A stretch of 64,000 nt of DNA, taken from a virus. Positions 40,798 through 48,563 of this stretch are shown piece after piece. Every line of letters starts with the position of its first letter. Within the stretch, counting starts at the first letter, position 1. The notes under the pieces are model-generated. The model saw only the letters and a program-made list of their open reading frames with translations. It was not told where the DNA came from and did no database searches. The stretch spans positions 32,001 through 96,000 of IMG/VR virus record IMGVR_UViG_3300045988_096313; one strand, written 5' to 3'. A program made the translations under genes and the position numbers.

Positions 40798-41614
40798 TGT
40801 AAATTGTTTCAGAAGAGTCTTGTTGAACGTAGGTGGCAAGAAGATAATCATCAGTGTTCCGCATGGAATGACCGAAACCGAAGTAAACAAGGTTATGATT
40901 GTTACTAGAGGTTATCTTCAGCAATATGTCTATGTTGAAATGGTGTTGGCAGAGTGCTTCATGCAGAAAATCGAAAAGAGTATTCTGAAGAAGAAATGCG
41001 TTAGGTTTGAAGTTAAGAAGAAGTGGGTGGACTGCAAGAAGAACCTTCGCAAGGCGGTTAAGTATTATGACGCTTATGTTCCTAATGCAGATTTCAATAA
41101 CGAATTCGCAATGACGTTCTATGACAAGATAAGTGGAGATTTGTATAAGTTGCGAGATAAGATTGCGGTGAGGTTGCAGAACTTAGGAATTGGTGAAAAA
41201 TCGGGAGTTTATGCGAATGCAATCATCCTTTATAATCTTACCAACCTTTGTTTGGGCACTTATGAGAATATCATCCGTAAGCTGTTTGAAGAGTTGCACG
41301 TTAACTTAATGCAAGCGTTCAAGGACTTTGCCCCTATCTTGGCCTTTGAAAACTCTTATGACTTCATGGCATTAGTGATGGATAAGGATTTCGAGAGACT
41401 GGCTGACCATTTGATGACGAAAGAAATACTTTCTTATTTCGACAAGGTGAGAAAAGGTGTCTTTGACGAACAGACATTGAATGAGGCGGCTATCAACGCA
41501 ACGGAAGACATGATGGGCGACGAGAAGGATTTGCAGCGGACATACATAGGAATTAGTGACTTTATGAAGAGTGACTATCCATTGGAGAGTGTGACATCTA
41601 AGAAAGCAAGCTGA
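40790..41614 (+). CDS. hypothetical protein (274 aa)
   Basis: Start placed at ATG 40790, overlapping the upstream stop (ATGCCTAG). The ORF-track start at 40763 is possible. Confidence 0.5.
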   Translation: MPSVNCFRRVLLNVGGKKIIISVPHGMTETEVNKVMIVTRGYLQQYVYVEMVLAECFMQKIEKSILKKKCVRFEVKKKWVDCKKNLRKAVKYYDAYVPNADFNNEFAMTFYDKISGDLYKLRDKIAVRLQNLGIGEKSGVYANAIILYNLTNLCLGTYENIIRKLFEELHVNLMQAFKDFAPILAFENSYDFMALVMDKDFERLADHLMTKEILSYFDKVRKGVFDEQTLNEAAINATEDMMGDEKDLQRTYIGISDFMKSDYPLESVTSKKAS

Positions 41615-41871
41615 TGAAAATCGAACCAAGTGAGTTCTTGTCGATAGGTAATGAATTTCAGAAAATCTTCGGTGTTAGCTTTGGAAAGTTCATTGATATG
41701 CGGTTTCTTTTAGCGAGAAAAGAGTTGGTCTTTAACTTACTGAAGTTCACGGATTGGCTTGAAGAACGTTATCCAGATGAGTGTTCCATTGATGAAGTGA
41801 GTTACAATGCGGTTGTCGAGCGAAAGTTTGGCAAGCGAGGTGTTAAAATGATTAAGAAGTTGATAGGATGA
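41614..41871 (+). CDS. hypothetical protein (85 aa)
   Basis: Start overlaps the upstream stop, and the stop overlaps the Dam start. Confidence 0.5.
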   Translation: MKIEPSEFLSIGNEFQKIFGVSFGKFIDMRFLLARKELVFNLLKFTDWLEERYPDECSIDEVSYNAVVERKFGKRGVKMIKKLIG

Positions 41872-42593
41872 AGTACATGGGTAGTAAGGCTAGAATCGTG
41901 CATGAGATATTGCCGATTATGCTGGACAAAGAGCATAATACGTTTGTAGATGCTTTCTGTGGTGGCTGTAGCGTTATTGAGAACGTTCCGGACACGTATC
42001 GCAGGATTGCCAACGACAAGAATAAGTACCTTATCGAAATGTGGAAGTATCTACAGAACGATGGATTTGTCTTCAACCATATTAGTAAGACGTTGTATGA
42101 CTTTGCACGAGATTGTTATCACGGAAAGAATAATTTCTTTACCGAAGCTGGTGTTGGACTAATAGGGTTTATGGCTAGCTTTAATGGCCGTTTCTTTGAT
42201 GGTGGCTATAGCGGACATAATGTTGTCGGCAAGAACGGAAAGGCTAGAGATTACATAAGGGAGCAGATAGAAAATACAATGCGTGATGTGCCTCTTCTCA
42301 AAGGTGTTGAGTTCTATAGCGGCAGTTATGATGAACTTGTGATACCGGATAGGAGTATAGTGTATTGCGATCCACCTTACAAATCTACGAAAAAGTATGA
42401 TGTATCAAAGAATTTCGATTACGAAAACTTCTATATATGGTGCATGGAAATGGCTAGAAGAGGTCATAAGGTATTTATCAGCGAGTACCAGATGCCGCAA
42501 GAGTTCAGATGTGTTTGGGAAAAGGAAGTAACAAACTCTCTTAACCCGAATATCACAAAGAGACCAGTTGAAAGGTTATTTACGATAGATTAA
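41868..42593 (+). CDS. DNA N6-adenine methyltransferase (Dam / D12 class)
   Basis: N-terminal MKYMGSKARI, FVDAFCGGCSV (AdoMet motif) and VYCDPPY (catalytic DPPY). Confidence 0.85.
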   Translation: MKYMGSKARIVHEILPIMLDKEHNTFVDAFCGGCSVIENVPDTYRRIANDKNKYLIEMWKYLQNDGFVFNHISKTLYDFARDCYHGKNNFFTEAGVGLIGFMASFNGRFFDGGYSGHNVVGKNGKARDYIREQIENTMRDVPLLKGVEFYSGSYDELVIPDRSIVYCDPPYKSTKKYDVSKNFDYENFYIWCMEMARRGHKVFISEYQMPQEFRCVWEKEVTNSLNPNITKRPVERLFTID

Positions 42594-42600
42594 AATCGGT

Positions 42601-42759
42601 ATGAAAGAAACTTGTTGCTTAGAAGATACGCTTTACAACACAAAGCGTTACTTCACTTTGGAAAATGGTGTAGTATCAGGAACGGAACTTTCGCAGGAAG
42701 ACTTTAATGTGTTCCTCGACCTTGCAAGTCGTCTTGGTTATAATGTAGTGAAACTATGA
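42601..42759 (+). CDS. hypothetical small protein (52 aa)
   Basis: Hand-translated as MKETCCLEDTLYNTKRYFTLENG.... ATGA overlap with the next small ORF. Confidence 0.35.
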   Translation: MKETCCLEDTLYNTKRYFTLENGVVSGTELSQEDFNVFLDLASRLGYNVVKL

Positions 42760-42917
42760 CAAGGCGAGTAAACAAGGATTGTCCGTTCACAGCAGAAGAA
42801 CTGGATGGGTTCAGAGCTGCTTTGTATAGTGTGAATACATCGTTTCTCTGCTGCAATGCAGCTCCGGTAGATTGGGCAGCAGGATGGCAGCGGTATGATA
42901 TAAGGAAGACGAGGTAG
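42756..42917 (+). CDS. hypothetical small protein (53 aa)
   Basis: Hand-translated as MTRRVNKDCPFTAEELDGFRAALYSVNTSFLCCNAAPVDWAAGWQRYDIRKTR. Confidence 0.35.
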   Translation: MTRRVNKDCPFTAEELDGFRAALYSVNTSFLCCNAAPVDWAAGWQRYDIRKTR

Positions 42918-43364
42918 GATTCCATAATCTACAAATACCCACGTGTCAAAGCCGTGTGATGCCTTGCGTGGGGGCGGGATTGTAAACTTAGGAGTCGCAC
43001 GGCTTTATTTGGAAGTTTCATAACTACAATAGCCTATCGCTAATGGTTGTTCCCTTGGGCAGGGAGATAGTTAATACCGCATCGTAAGATGTGAACACTT
43101 GAAATTTGTCGGCAATCATTGGCAAATGCCTATTAGTCAGCGGCAGAAACCCTTGGGCAAGGTTGGAAATGGTGCAAAGTCTTCAAATTCGCATCTGTCG
43201 CTGACAAACGGATGAGTGGCATTGGCAACTGAAAGCAATGCGACCCTCGCAAACTTGGAGCGGATTTTCTGATTAAATATTCCGTGTACCAGGTCACTGG
43301 GGAGGTGTTGACATCAACAAGGGTTTAAATCCCTTGTCATCCACTAATTTTAAAAGGTTAAATT
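42918..43364 (+). ncRNA. ORF-free 447-nt GC-richer region with multiple helices and two degenerate roughly 100-nt repeats (candidate structured RNA or cis-acting DNA site)
   Basis: 9-bp helix 42948-56/42998-43006. 11-bp helix 43136-46/43195-43205. GUAA-loop hairpin 43078-93. Two hairpins share the loop TTGGGCA on different stems (TCCC/GGGA at 43051-65; AACC/GGTT at 43148-64). CATTGGCAA occurs twice. 6-bp helix 43219-24/43236-41. Confidence 0.45.
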
Positions 43365-43592
43365 ATGAATGAATATTGTAAGAATTTGATTTCAAATGGT
43401 GTTCCTAGCTGGATAGTAGAGGAGGCTTATAAATTTACAATTGAGCCTTTGAAATCAACAGAAGGCTTGGTAGAAATTGATAAGGAAAATAGTGAGCTAT
43501 ATAGAAATGTCATTATCGCAGCCTACATTGAGGGTGCTAGTGCTACATTGGAAAAAGTGCAAAGATATTATGGCAGTGAGGAACATAGTTAG
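43365..43592 (+). CDS. hypothetical protein (75 aa)
   Basis: First ORF after the non-coding region. Confidence 0.45.
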   Translation: MNEYCKNLISNGVPSWIVEEAYKFTIEPLKSTEGLVEIDKENSELYRNVIIAAYIEGASATLEKVQRYYGSEEHS

Positions 43593-43809
43593 ACAATGGA
43601 ACGAGGCAACAGGAGGATATTCGTACCGCTTCAAAGGTGGAGATATTTTCCTTCGCTTGGTAAAGGCTGATGGTATTTATGAATTGCGTAACCCTATAGG
43701 TTATGGTGTTCAAGTAGTCAAATGCAAAGACTTGGATGAAGCAGATGCAAAAGCCAAGGAAGTGCTAGAAGCTTTTTTTGAAGACAAAGTTAACATAAAA
43801 GTTATTTGA
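43570..43809 (+). CDS. hypothetical protein (79 aa)
   Basis: Start placed at ATG 43570, overlapping the end of the upstream gene. Confidence 0.45.
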   Translation: MAVRNIVRQWNEATGGYSYRFKGGDIFLRLVKADGIYELRNPIGYGVQVVKCKDLDEADAKAKEVLEAFFEDKVNIKVI

Positions 43810-43811
43810 TT

Positions 43812-44081
43812 ATGGACTTAGAAATGTTGATTGATAAGATAGACTTTAGTCAAGGTGCAAGGCAGATAGCCAAGCAAGCCTTGGAGTTGGGAATAAAATA
43901 TCAAAAGGAAGATGCTTGGCATTCGGTTGAAGAATTGCCGGAGCACAACAGACGCATTGTCGGTTTGACCAAGGTTCGCAAGCGTTTCAAGCATCTGAAT
44001 TTCTTAGGAGAGGAATGGTGGAAGAAGTTTACGAAGTCAAATGCTATCTATAAATGGGCTTATGTGGACGATTTAGTTTGA
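43812..44081 (+). CDS. DUF551-like small protein
   Basis: WHSVEELPEHNRRIV core and a C-terminal YKWAYVDDLV motif shared with paralogs. Confidence 0.5.
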   Translation: MDLEMLIDKIDFSQGARQIAKQALELGIKYQKEDAWHSVEELPEHNRRIVGLTKVRKRFKHLNFLGEEWWKKFTKSNAIYKWAYVDDLV

Positions 44082-44128
44082 TAGTAATCGTAGAAATCCA
44101 TAATGCTATTTTGTTTTAAATGTTTGCC

Positions 44129-44167
44129 CCATCACTATATATAATAATGTAGTGGTGGTTTTTTTTT
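44129..44167 (+). terminator. intrinsic terminator
   Basis: CCATCACTA/TAGTGGTGG stem (one wobble) followed by TTTTTTTTT. Confidence 0.75.
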
Positions 44168-44261
44168 GTTAACGTCAGCAAATTATTCGTTTATATTATT
44201 ATAGAGTGTTAAAGGTTATAAGAAATACATTAAATAACTTGCATATTTCGGGATTTATTCG

Positions 44262-44269
44262 TATCTTTG
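44262..44269 (+). promoter_or_regulatory. -7 promoter box TATCTTTG
   Basis: Matches TAnnTTTG. Confidence 0.6.
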
Positions 44270-44305
44270 CATCGTAGTTAAGAAACAAAGGTTACTAATT
44301 TAAAA

Positions 44306-44328
44306 GGTGAGACACACCTTAAAAACTG
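44306..44328 (+). promoter_or_regulatory. conserved hairpin-box copy 7
   Basis: GGTGAGACACACC-TTAAAAACTG, ending 10 nt before GTG 44339. Confidence 0.6.
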
Positions 44329-44338
44329 TAAGAAGAAA

Positions 44339-44599
44339 GTGGAAAAGAATAATGTTTATGTAGAGGTGTTGGCAAAGATTGCCAGCCTCATGGGTAGAAC
44401 AAAGGAGTCTATCCAGATGTCGTCTTCAAATACTCATACGAGTATTACGATGTTTGCTGAAAATAATAGCAAGATTATTGGAAATTGGTATTTTGATGCT
44501 TCCGATAGCAAGGAGTTGGTGGATGCTACTTTCAATGGTCTGAAGGCTTTGGTTGAGTCTCTTGAGCACAATAAGAGCAATGACGGACAAGCAGCGTAA
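44339..44599 (+). CDS. hypothetical protein (86 aa, GTG start)
   Basis: First ORF after promoter-box module B. Confidence 0.45.
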   Translation: MEKNNVYVEVLAKIASLMGRTKESIQMSSSNTHTSITMFAENNSKIIGNWYFDASDSKELVDATFNGLKALVESLEHNKSNDGQAA

Positions 44600-44828
44600 G
44601 TACATAGAAAGACTTATCAAGAAAGTGTTTCGTAATGCAGATTCGCAGAGCGAAATACTTTCTAGATTGGATAGGGTTAAGATTTCAAGCCATCAAGCTT
44701 CGGTAATGATACATGCATTGAAGTTAGAGTGCAATATCGGTCGCTCCGTTCCGGCATATATGTTAATGGCAAACAATCTAAATTCAAAAATGGATGAGTT
44801 CTTTAGTATATTAGGGTACGATGAATGA
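44580..44828 (+). CDS. hypothetical protein (82 aa)
   Basis: Start at ATG 44580 (MTDKQRKYIERL), similar to the N-terminus of the 11..265 product. Confidence 0.45.
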   Translation: MTDKQRKYIERLIKKVFRNADSQSEILSRLDRVKISSHQASVMIHALKLECNIGRSVPAYMLMANNLNSKMDEFFSILGYDE

Positions 44829-44857
44829 CGTATTCTTCAAGAAGAAAAGAAGTTGAT

Positions 44858-45133
44858 ATGAAAAAGGTAATTATGATAATAGCCGTTGCCGCCATTTTGG
44901 TAGGTTGCAAAGGTAAGGGTACAAGAGTCCAAATCTCGGATTCTGTTGACAAATTCAATGTCGAGAAATTGTTTGTTGTTGATAGTATAACAGTGTACAG
45001 GTTCTATGACCAAGGAAATGCTATCTATTTCACTAACCGGAAAGGTAGGGTAGATGCAACCCATTCTGAGTACAATCCGGTTACTCACACATACAATGAC
45101 GAGGTTAACGAAACTTTATGTGAAGGAGACTGA
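44858..45133 (+). CDS. lipoprotein (91 aa)
   Basis: Signal peptide MKKVIMIIAVAAILVGC with an LVGC lipobox. Confidence 0.55.
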   Translation: MKKVIMIIAVAAILVGCKGKGTRVQISDSVDKFNVEKLFVVDSITVYRFYDQGNAIYFTNRKGRVDATHSEYNPVTHTYNDEVNETLCEGD

Positions 45134-45136
45134 AAA

Positions 45137-45367
45137 ATGGAAAAGAGATTAACTAAGGAAGAGTTCCTGAAGGATTTATGGCATCCATACAATGAAGAGC
45201 CTAGAAATGACTCTAAAATTGTATACGAAGATTGCGATAGAGACATTCATAACAAACAATACATTAAAGAAGACTACGAAGAGGGTTGGAGGGATTTTGT
45301 TTGTTTTTATAGCGTTTGGAAATGGGCTTATAAAGATGATTTACTTCCAAAGGAAGGAGGTGAATAA
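45137..45367 (+). CDS. DUF551-like small protein
   Basis: LWHPYNEEPRNDSKIV core and a C-terminal WKWAYKDDLLPKEGGE. Confidence 0.5.
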   Translation: MEKRLTKEEFLKDLWHPYNEEPRNDSKIVYEDCDRDIHNKQYIKEDYEEGWRDFVCFYSVWKWAYKDDLLPKEGGE

Positions 45368-45555
45368 TGACAAAATGGTACTCTGCAAAAGAAGCTCCAA
45401 ACTACGAAGAATGGATTCTTACAGAATGGTATGATGGAGACGATGGATGTCTTAAGTACGAAGCTGATTATCTTTACTCTTTTGTTTATTGGAAAGATTA
45501 TGTAAAGAGAAACAACATCACAAAGTGGTGCTATATTAAAGACATAAAAGATTAG
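45367..45555 (+). CDS. DUF551-like small protein
   Basis: KWYSAKEAPNYEEWIL core and a C-terminal TKWCYIKDIKD. Confidence 0.5.
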   Translation: MTKWYSAKEAPNYEEWILTEWYDGDDGCLKYEADYLYSFVYWKDYVKRNNITKWCYIKDIKD

Positions 45556-45654
45556 GCGTATGAAAGAACTTAAGAAGATGTTTGCTGAGCGTGTTTTCGA
45601 TAATAGAAATAAAGGTTTGTAGTGTTAGTCCAAATTTAAAAAGGAGGTTTGATT

Positions 45655-45873
45655 ATGAAATTATCTGAAATAGAATTAGAATTTTTGTATGAAAAATCAG
45701 CAGAGTTGTTTAGAGATAAAGTAAAACAACGAGGGGAAGATTACGAGCATTATAATAGATGCGCTTGCCCTGATGCTGTTCGCAGAACTCATCTACGAAC
45801 TCTCGCAAGAGAATCCATAGAAGATGTCAAGATTTTAATTGATGAACTACGTAATAATGGTTATGAAGCTTAA
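45655..45873 (+). CDS. hypothetical protein (72 aa)
   Basis: ATG 45655 preferred over the ORF-track TTG at 45649. Confidence 0.45.
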   Translation: MKLSEIELEFLYEKSAELFRDKVKQRGEDYEHYNRCACPDAVRRTHLRTLARESIEDVKILIDELRNNGYEA

Positions 45874-45877
45874 TAAA

Positions 45878-46297
45878 ATGGTTTTAGACAATAAGAAAAT
45901 AGAAGAAGCTGCACAAGGAGCAGCAGACTTGTATGAGCAAGACTTGCCTATAATGTCTTATAATGAAGACACAGAGGTTGATGGCCAGCATCATTTCTGC
46001 CAAGAGTTTGGCGCAGAGTTGTTTAAGGATGGTGTTAAGTGGGCTATCAATGAATTCCAGAAGAGCTTGTGTCACCCTGCTAGCGAAGTTCCTCAAATTG
46101 GCAGAGGAAGAGTTCTTGCATACTCTATAGACTGCTGTTATAGAAATCTTTACAACCTATACGATATGATGTCCAAGACCGATTGTAACACATATCAAGA
46201 AATGTGGGAATTAGAAGTTAAGGCATACGATTTGGATGGTTGGATATACGCAGATGAATTGTTTGGTTTAATTATAGAAGGAGGCAATCATGATTAA
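45878..46297 (+). CDS. DUF551-like protein, paralog of 54480..54803
   Basis: LDNKKIEEAAQGAADLYEQ...DGVKWAINEFQKSLCHPASEVP aligns with DDKKIEAAAFEEY...EGAKWAIKAFLEGLWHQTNKEP. Confidence 0.5.
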   Translation: MVLDNKKIEEAAQGAADLYEQDLPIMSYNEDTEVDGQHHFCQEFGAELFKDGVKWAINEFQKSLCHPASEVPQIGRGRVLAYSIDCCYRNLYNLYDMMSKTDCNTYQEMWELEVKAYDLDGWIYADELFGLIIEGGNHD

Positions 46298-46514
46298 GGA
46301 AGTAACAATGTACTCTGTCGTTTGTGACAGATGTGGAAAGACTTATGGTGTGGACGATGGCATAGACTGCTGGGTAGACATCTGTACCGCTAGAGAGCAA
46401 GCAATGGAAAGCGAATGGGCGGAGATAGGTGATAAACACTACTGTCCAGACTGCTACGAGTTTGAAGAGAAACTTGATGAGTATATTCCCAAAAAGAAAG
46501 GAGGTGAACAATGA
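46290..46514 (+). CDS. zinc-ribbon small protein, paralog of 50730..50945
   Basis: MYSVVCDRCG...KHYCPDCYEFE aligns with MYQIVCDRCG...KHYCPDCYEVE. Confidence 0.5.
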   Translation: MIKEVTMYSVVCDRCGKTYGVDDGIDCWVDICTAREQAMESEWAEIGDKHYCPDCYEFEEKLDEYIPKKKGGEQ

Positions 46515-46672
46515 AAAAGAATAAGCACTCATTAAAGATAAGTCGTAGTTTCTTTGGTGATACTACCCTTGATGGATATCCAATAGCAACATATTCAAAT
46601 GACGAATTGAAGATTCTAAAGAACCTGCTAACAAAGGTTCTGTGTGAAGTAAATGAATATATAAAAGACTAG
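46511..46672 (+). CDS. hypothetical small protein (53 aa)
   Basis: Hand-translated. ATGA overlap upstream, and it ends in the junction TAGGCGTATG. Confidence 0.35.
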   Translation: MKKNKHSLKISRSFFGDTTLDGYPIATYSNDELKILKNLLTKVLCEVNEYIKD

Positions 46673-46676
46673 GCGT

Positions 46677-46865
46677 ATGAAAGAGCTTAAAGTTGGAGAA
46701 AAGACCAAATGTGTCGTCACTATTAAAGCTGTTAGATGTGGTACATGCGAGGAATGTTTATTTTATGATGAATATTATCACTGTGCTAATGAAAAAAAAA
46801 TCGAATGTTTGGGTAAGTATCGCTCAGATGGAGAGAATGTAATCTTTAAATTGGTAAAGGAGTAA
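46677..46865 (+). CDS. small Cys-rich protein (62 aa)
   Basis: VRCGTCEECLFYDEYYHCANEKKIEC. Confidence 0.45.
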   Translation: MKELKVGEKTKCVVTIKAVRCGTCEECLFYDEYYHCANEKKIECLGKYRSDGENVIFKLVKE

Positions 46866-46869
46866 GCGT

Positions 46870-46992
46870 ATGAGTTACGAATCAAGAAGTAGATGTAAGG
46901 AAAGACAAATAACACCTTGTGGAATTTGTCCTTTAATGTTTAAGTGTCCTTATGATGAAGATGAGGATAAGTATAATCATCGTAAAAAGTAA
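46870..46992 (+). CDS. hypothetical small Cys-rich protein (40 aa)
   Basis: Hand-translated as MSYESRSRCKERQITPCGICPLMFKCPYDEDEDKYNHRKK. Flanked by TAAGCGTATG-type junctions. Confidence 0.3.
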   Translation: MSYESRSRCKERQITPCGICPLMFKCPYDEDEDKYNHRKK

Positions 46993-46997
46993 AGCGT

Positions 46998-47381
46998 ATG
47001 GCGCAGAAATATATTAAAGATGACATTGTAATGTATAAAAACAGAATACATACAATCATAGATACACTTGGACTAAATAATTATGAATTATCTTATGTAA
47101 GACATTCTGTAAATCAAGCTGAATTATCAGGCATTCCTCTTACTCTAGAGATTCTAGAGAAGAACGGATGGGTAAAAGATACGCATCGCCATTGTTTGGA
47201 TGAAATGCCGGCAGAGGCTTATGGAAAGAAGGACTTCCCGTTATCGTATTTTAATGTGACTTTTGGAAAGACAAGAATACAGGCTTCTCATGATTGCCTG
47301 TTTGTTAGAAATCTAAAATATGTGTCAGATTTACAACACCTTCTCTTCGGTCTAGGGCTTAACTCAGAAATGGAGGTGTAG
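46998..47381 (+). CDS. hypothetical protein (127 aa)
   Basis: Intact ORF in the array. Confidence 0.5.
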   Translation: MAQKYIKDDIVMYKNRIHTIIDTLGLNNYELSYVRHSVNQAELSGIPLTLEILEKNGWVKDTHRHCLDEMPAEAYGKKDFPLSYFNVTFGKTRIQASHDCLFVRNLKYVSDLQHLLFGLGLNSEMEV

Positions 47382-47383
47382 GT

Positions 47384-47551
47384 ATGGCTATATTATTATT
47401 AACATTAACAATGATTTTGGATATTACGGTACAATTTGGAATGGATAGAACTGAAAGTGTATGGTATGTTCCTATAAGTATCTTTGTTTTTATTTTAAGT
47501 GTAGCCGCTTTAGTGGTAGCATTTTTGGGTTTGATATATTTGATTGTTTAA
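47384..47551 (+). CDS. small two-TM membrane protein (55 aa)
   Basis: Hand-translated as MAILLLTLTMILDITVQFGMDRTESVWYVPISIFVFILSVAALVVAFLGLIYLIV. Confidence 0.4.
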   Translation: MAILLLTLTMILDITVQFGMDRTESVWYVPISIFVFILSVAALVVAFLGLIYLIV

Positions 47552-47577
47552 CGCCTTCGGGCATAACTTTTAAAGAT

Positions 47578-47883
47578 ATGACAAAAGAAGAATTAAAAGC
47601 AAAGGTTGCAAAGCAACAAAGTATCATTAATGATGCTAACAATCAGATTTGTTCTGATGTGAAGGAGTACATAGAAAGTCTTCCATACAAGGTTGGTGAC
47701 AAAGTTAGCTGTTCTAGATGTGATGTTTGTTGGATTGCAAGCATTGTTCCAGAGCGAGGTTATAAAGGTTATACTGGCGAGATTGATGTAAGAATCAACC
47801 CTGCTAAGAAAGATGGCACTCGCTCCAGTAGAGAGTTTGTACTATGGAGTATGGAAATTGATAGTATCAAGAAGATTGATTAA
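47578..47883 (+). CDS. hypothetical protein (101 aa)
   Basis: Start placed at ATG 47578 (MTKEELKAK). The longer ORF-track version overlaps the membrane ORF. Confidence 0.45.
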   Translation: MTKEELKAKVAKQQSIINDANNQICSDVKEYIESLPYKVGDKVSCSRCDVCWIASIVPERGYKGYTGEIDVRINPAKKDGTRSSREFVLWSMEIDSIKKID

Positions 47884-47914
47884 TCATCCTGCAAAGGATA
47901 TAAAAAGTAGTAAT

Positions 47915-48127
47915 ATGGATATTGATAAATTAGAAAGAGCAAATATCTTAGCAAAAAGTTTGATTCCTAAAGTAGATAACCTCTTAAATATGGGTTCAGT
48001 TATAAATAGTAAACTTGCTGATGCCATTTTGGGACTATCACAGCGTGATAAGGAATTTGAAACTAAATTCAAGAAGCTTCTGAATGAAACAAAACAGAGA
48101 TTTCAGAAAGAGTTTGATGAACTTTAG
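47915..48127 (+). CDS. hypothetical protein (70 aa)
   Basis: Start placed at ATG 47915 (MDIDKLERAN). Confidence 0.4.
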   Translation: MDIDKLERANILAKSLIPKVDNLLNMGSVINSKLADAILGLSQRDKEFETKFKKLLNETKQRFQKEFDEL

Positions 48128-48165
48128 TAACTAACCATTCCTTTTGGGATATAAATATAAGTAAT

Positions 48166-48315
48166 ATGGAAGAAATTTCTTTTAAAGTAATTCTGAGAGG
48201 TGAAGAATTAGACAAGGCGGAAGAATATCTTTATAGTATCAAAAATGCTATTAAAGAAGATATTGTAGAACAGAATTGTGAATTTGAAGATTTTGATGTA
48301 TTGATAACAGAGTAA
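48166..48315 (+). CDS. hypothetical small protein (49 aa)
   Basis: Hand-translated as MEEISFKVILRGEELDKAEEY.... Flanked by the direct 12-mer AGTAACTAACCA at 48126 and 48311. Confidence 0.3.
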   Translation: MEEISFKVILRGEELDKAEEYLYSIKNAIKEDIVEQNCEFEDFDVLITE

Positions 48316-48321
48316 CTAACC

Positions 48322-48549
48322 ACCCTCTCCTTGGTGAAGTTAAGATAATAATGAAAAAGTCGTGCTCGAATTAGATTGGTTGGCATCAGGTGTAGCCGTA
48401 AAATATCAATTACCGCTTGACAATTCACCTCAGAGCACTCTTATGTGGAAAAGGCATCAAGCATTTAGTACACATTGAAGAACGTTAATGAGTGAAAGGC
48501 TCATAAAGACTCCAATCCGTTATTATTTTAACAACATCAGGGAGAGGGT
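48322..48549 (+). ncRNA. candidate structured RNA (about 228 nt) closed by a 15-bp long-range helix
   Basis: 48322-48336 pairs with 48535-48549 (9 Watson-Crick pairs, then 6 more including two G-T wobbles valid only on the plus strand). Nested helices: GTGCTC/GAGCAC (48362-67/48433-38), AGGTG/CACCT (48388-92/48426-30), ATGAG/CTCAT (48488-92/48500-04). No plus-strand ORF above the size cutoff. Confidence 0.45.
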
Positions 48550-48563
48550 AAAAAGAAGAGAAT

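Larger units (their letters stand above)
44227..44328 (+). repeat. promoter-leader module, copy B
   Basis: ACATTAAATAACTTGCATATTTCG ... TATCTTTGCA ... TTAAGAAACAAAGGTTACTAATTT ... GGTGAGACACACCTTAAAAACTG. Confidence 0.8.

Noticed and set aside
43317-43347. tRNA-like T-arm (CAAGGG-TTTAAAT-CCCTTG followed by GTCATCCACTA) that might be a tRNA, a tmRNA 3' end or an attP core.
   Set aside because: - The loop reads GTTTAAATC, so the near-invariant C56 of the T-loop is a T.
- No complementary 5' acceptor strand (GGATGAC) occurs within 100 nt upstream.
- The 3' end is CTA rather than CCA.
- No integrase is present. I kept it only as one helix of the larger structured region.
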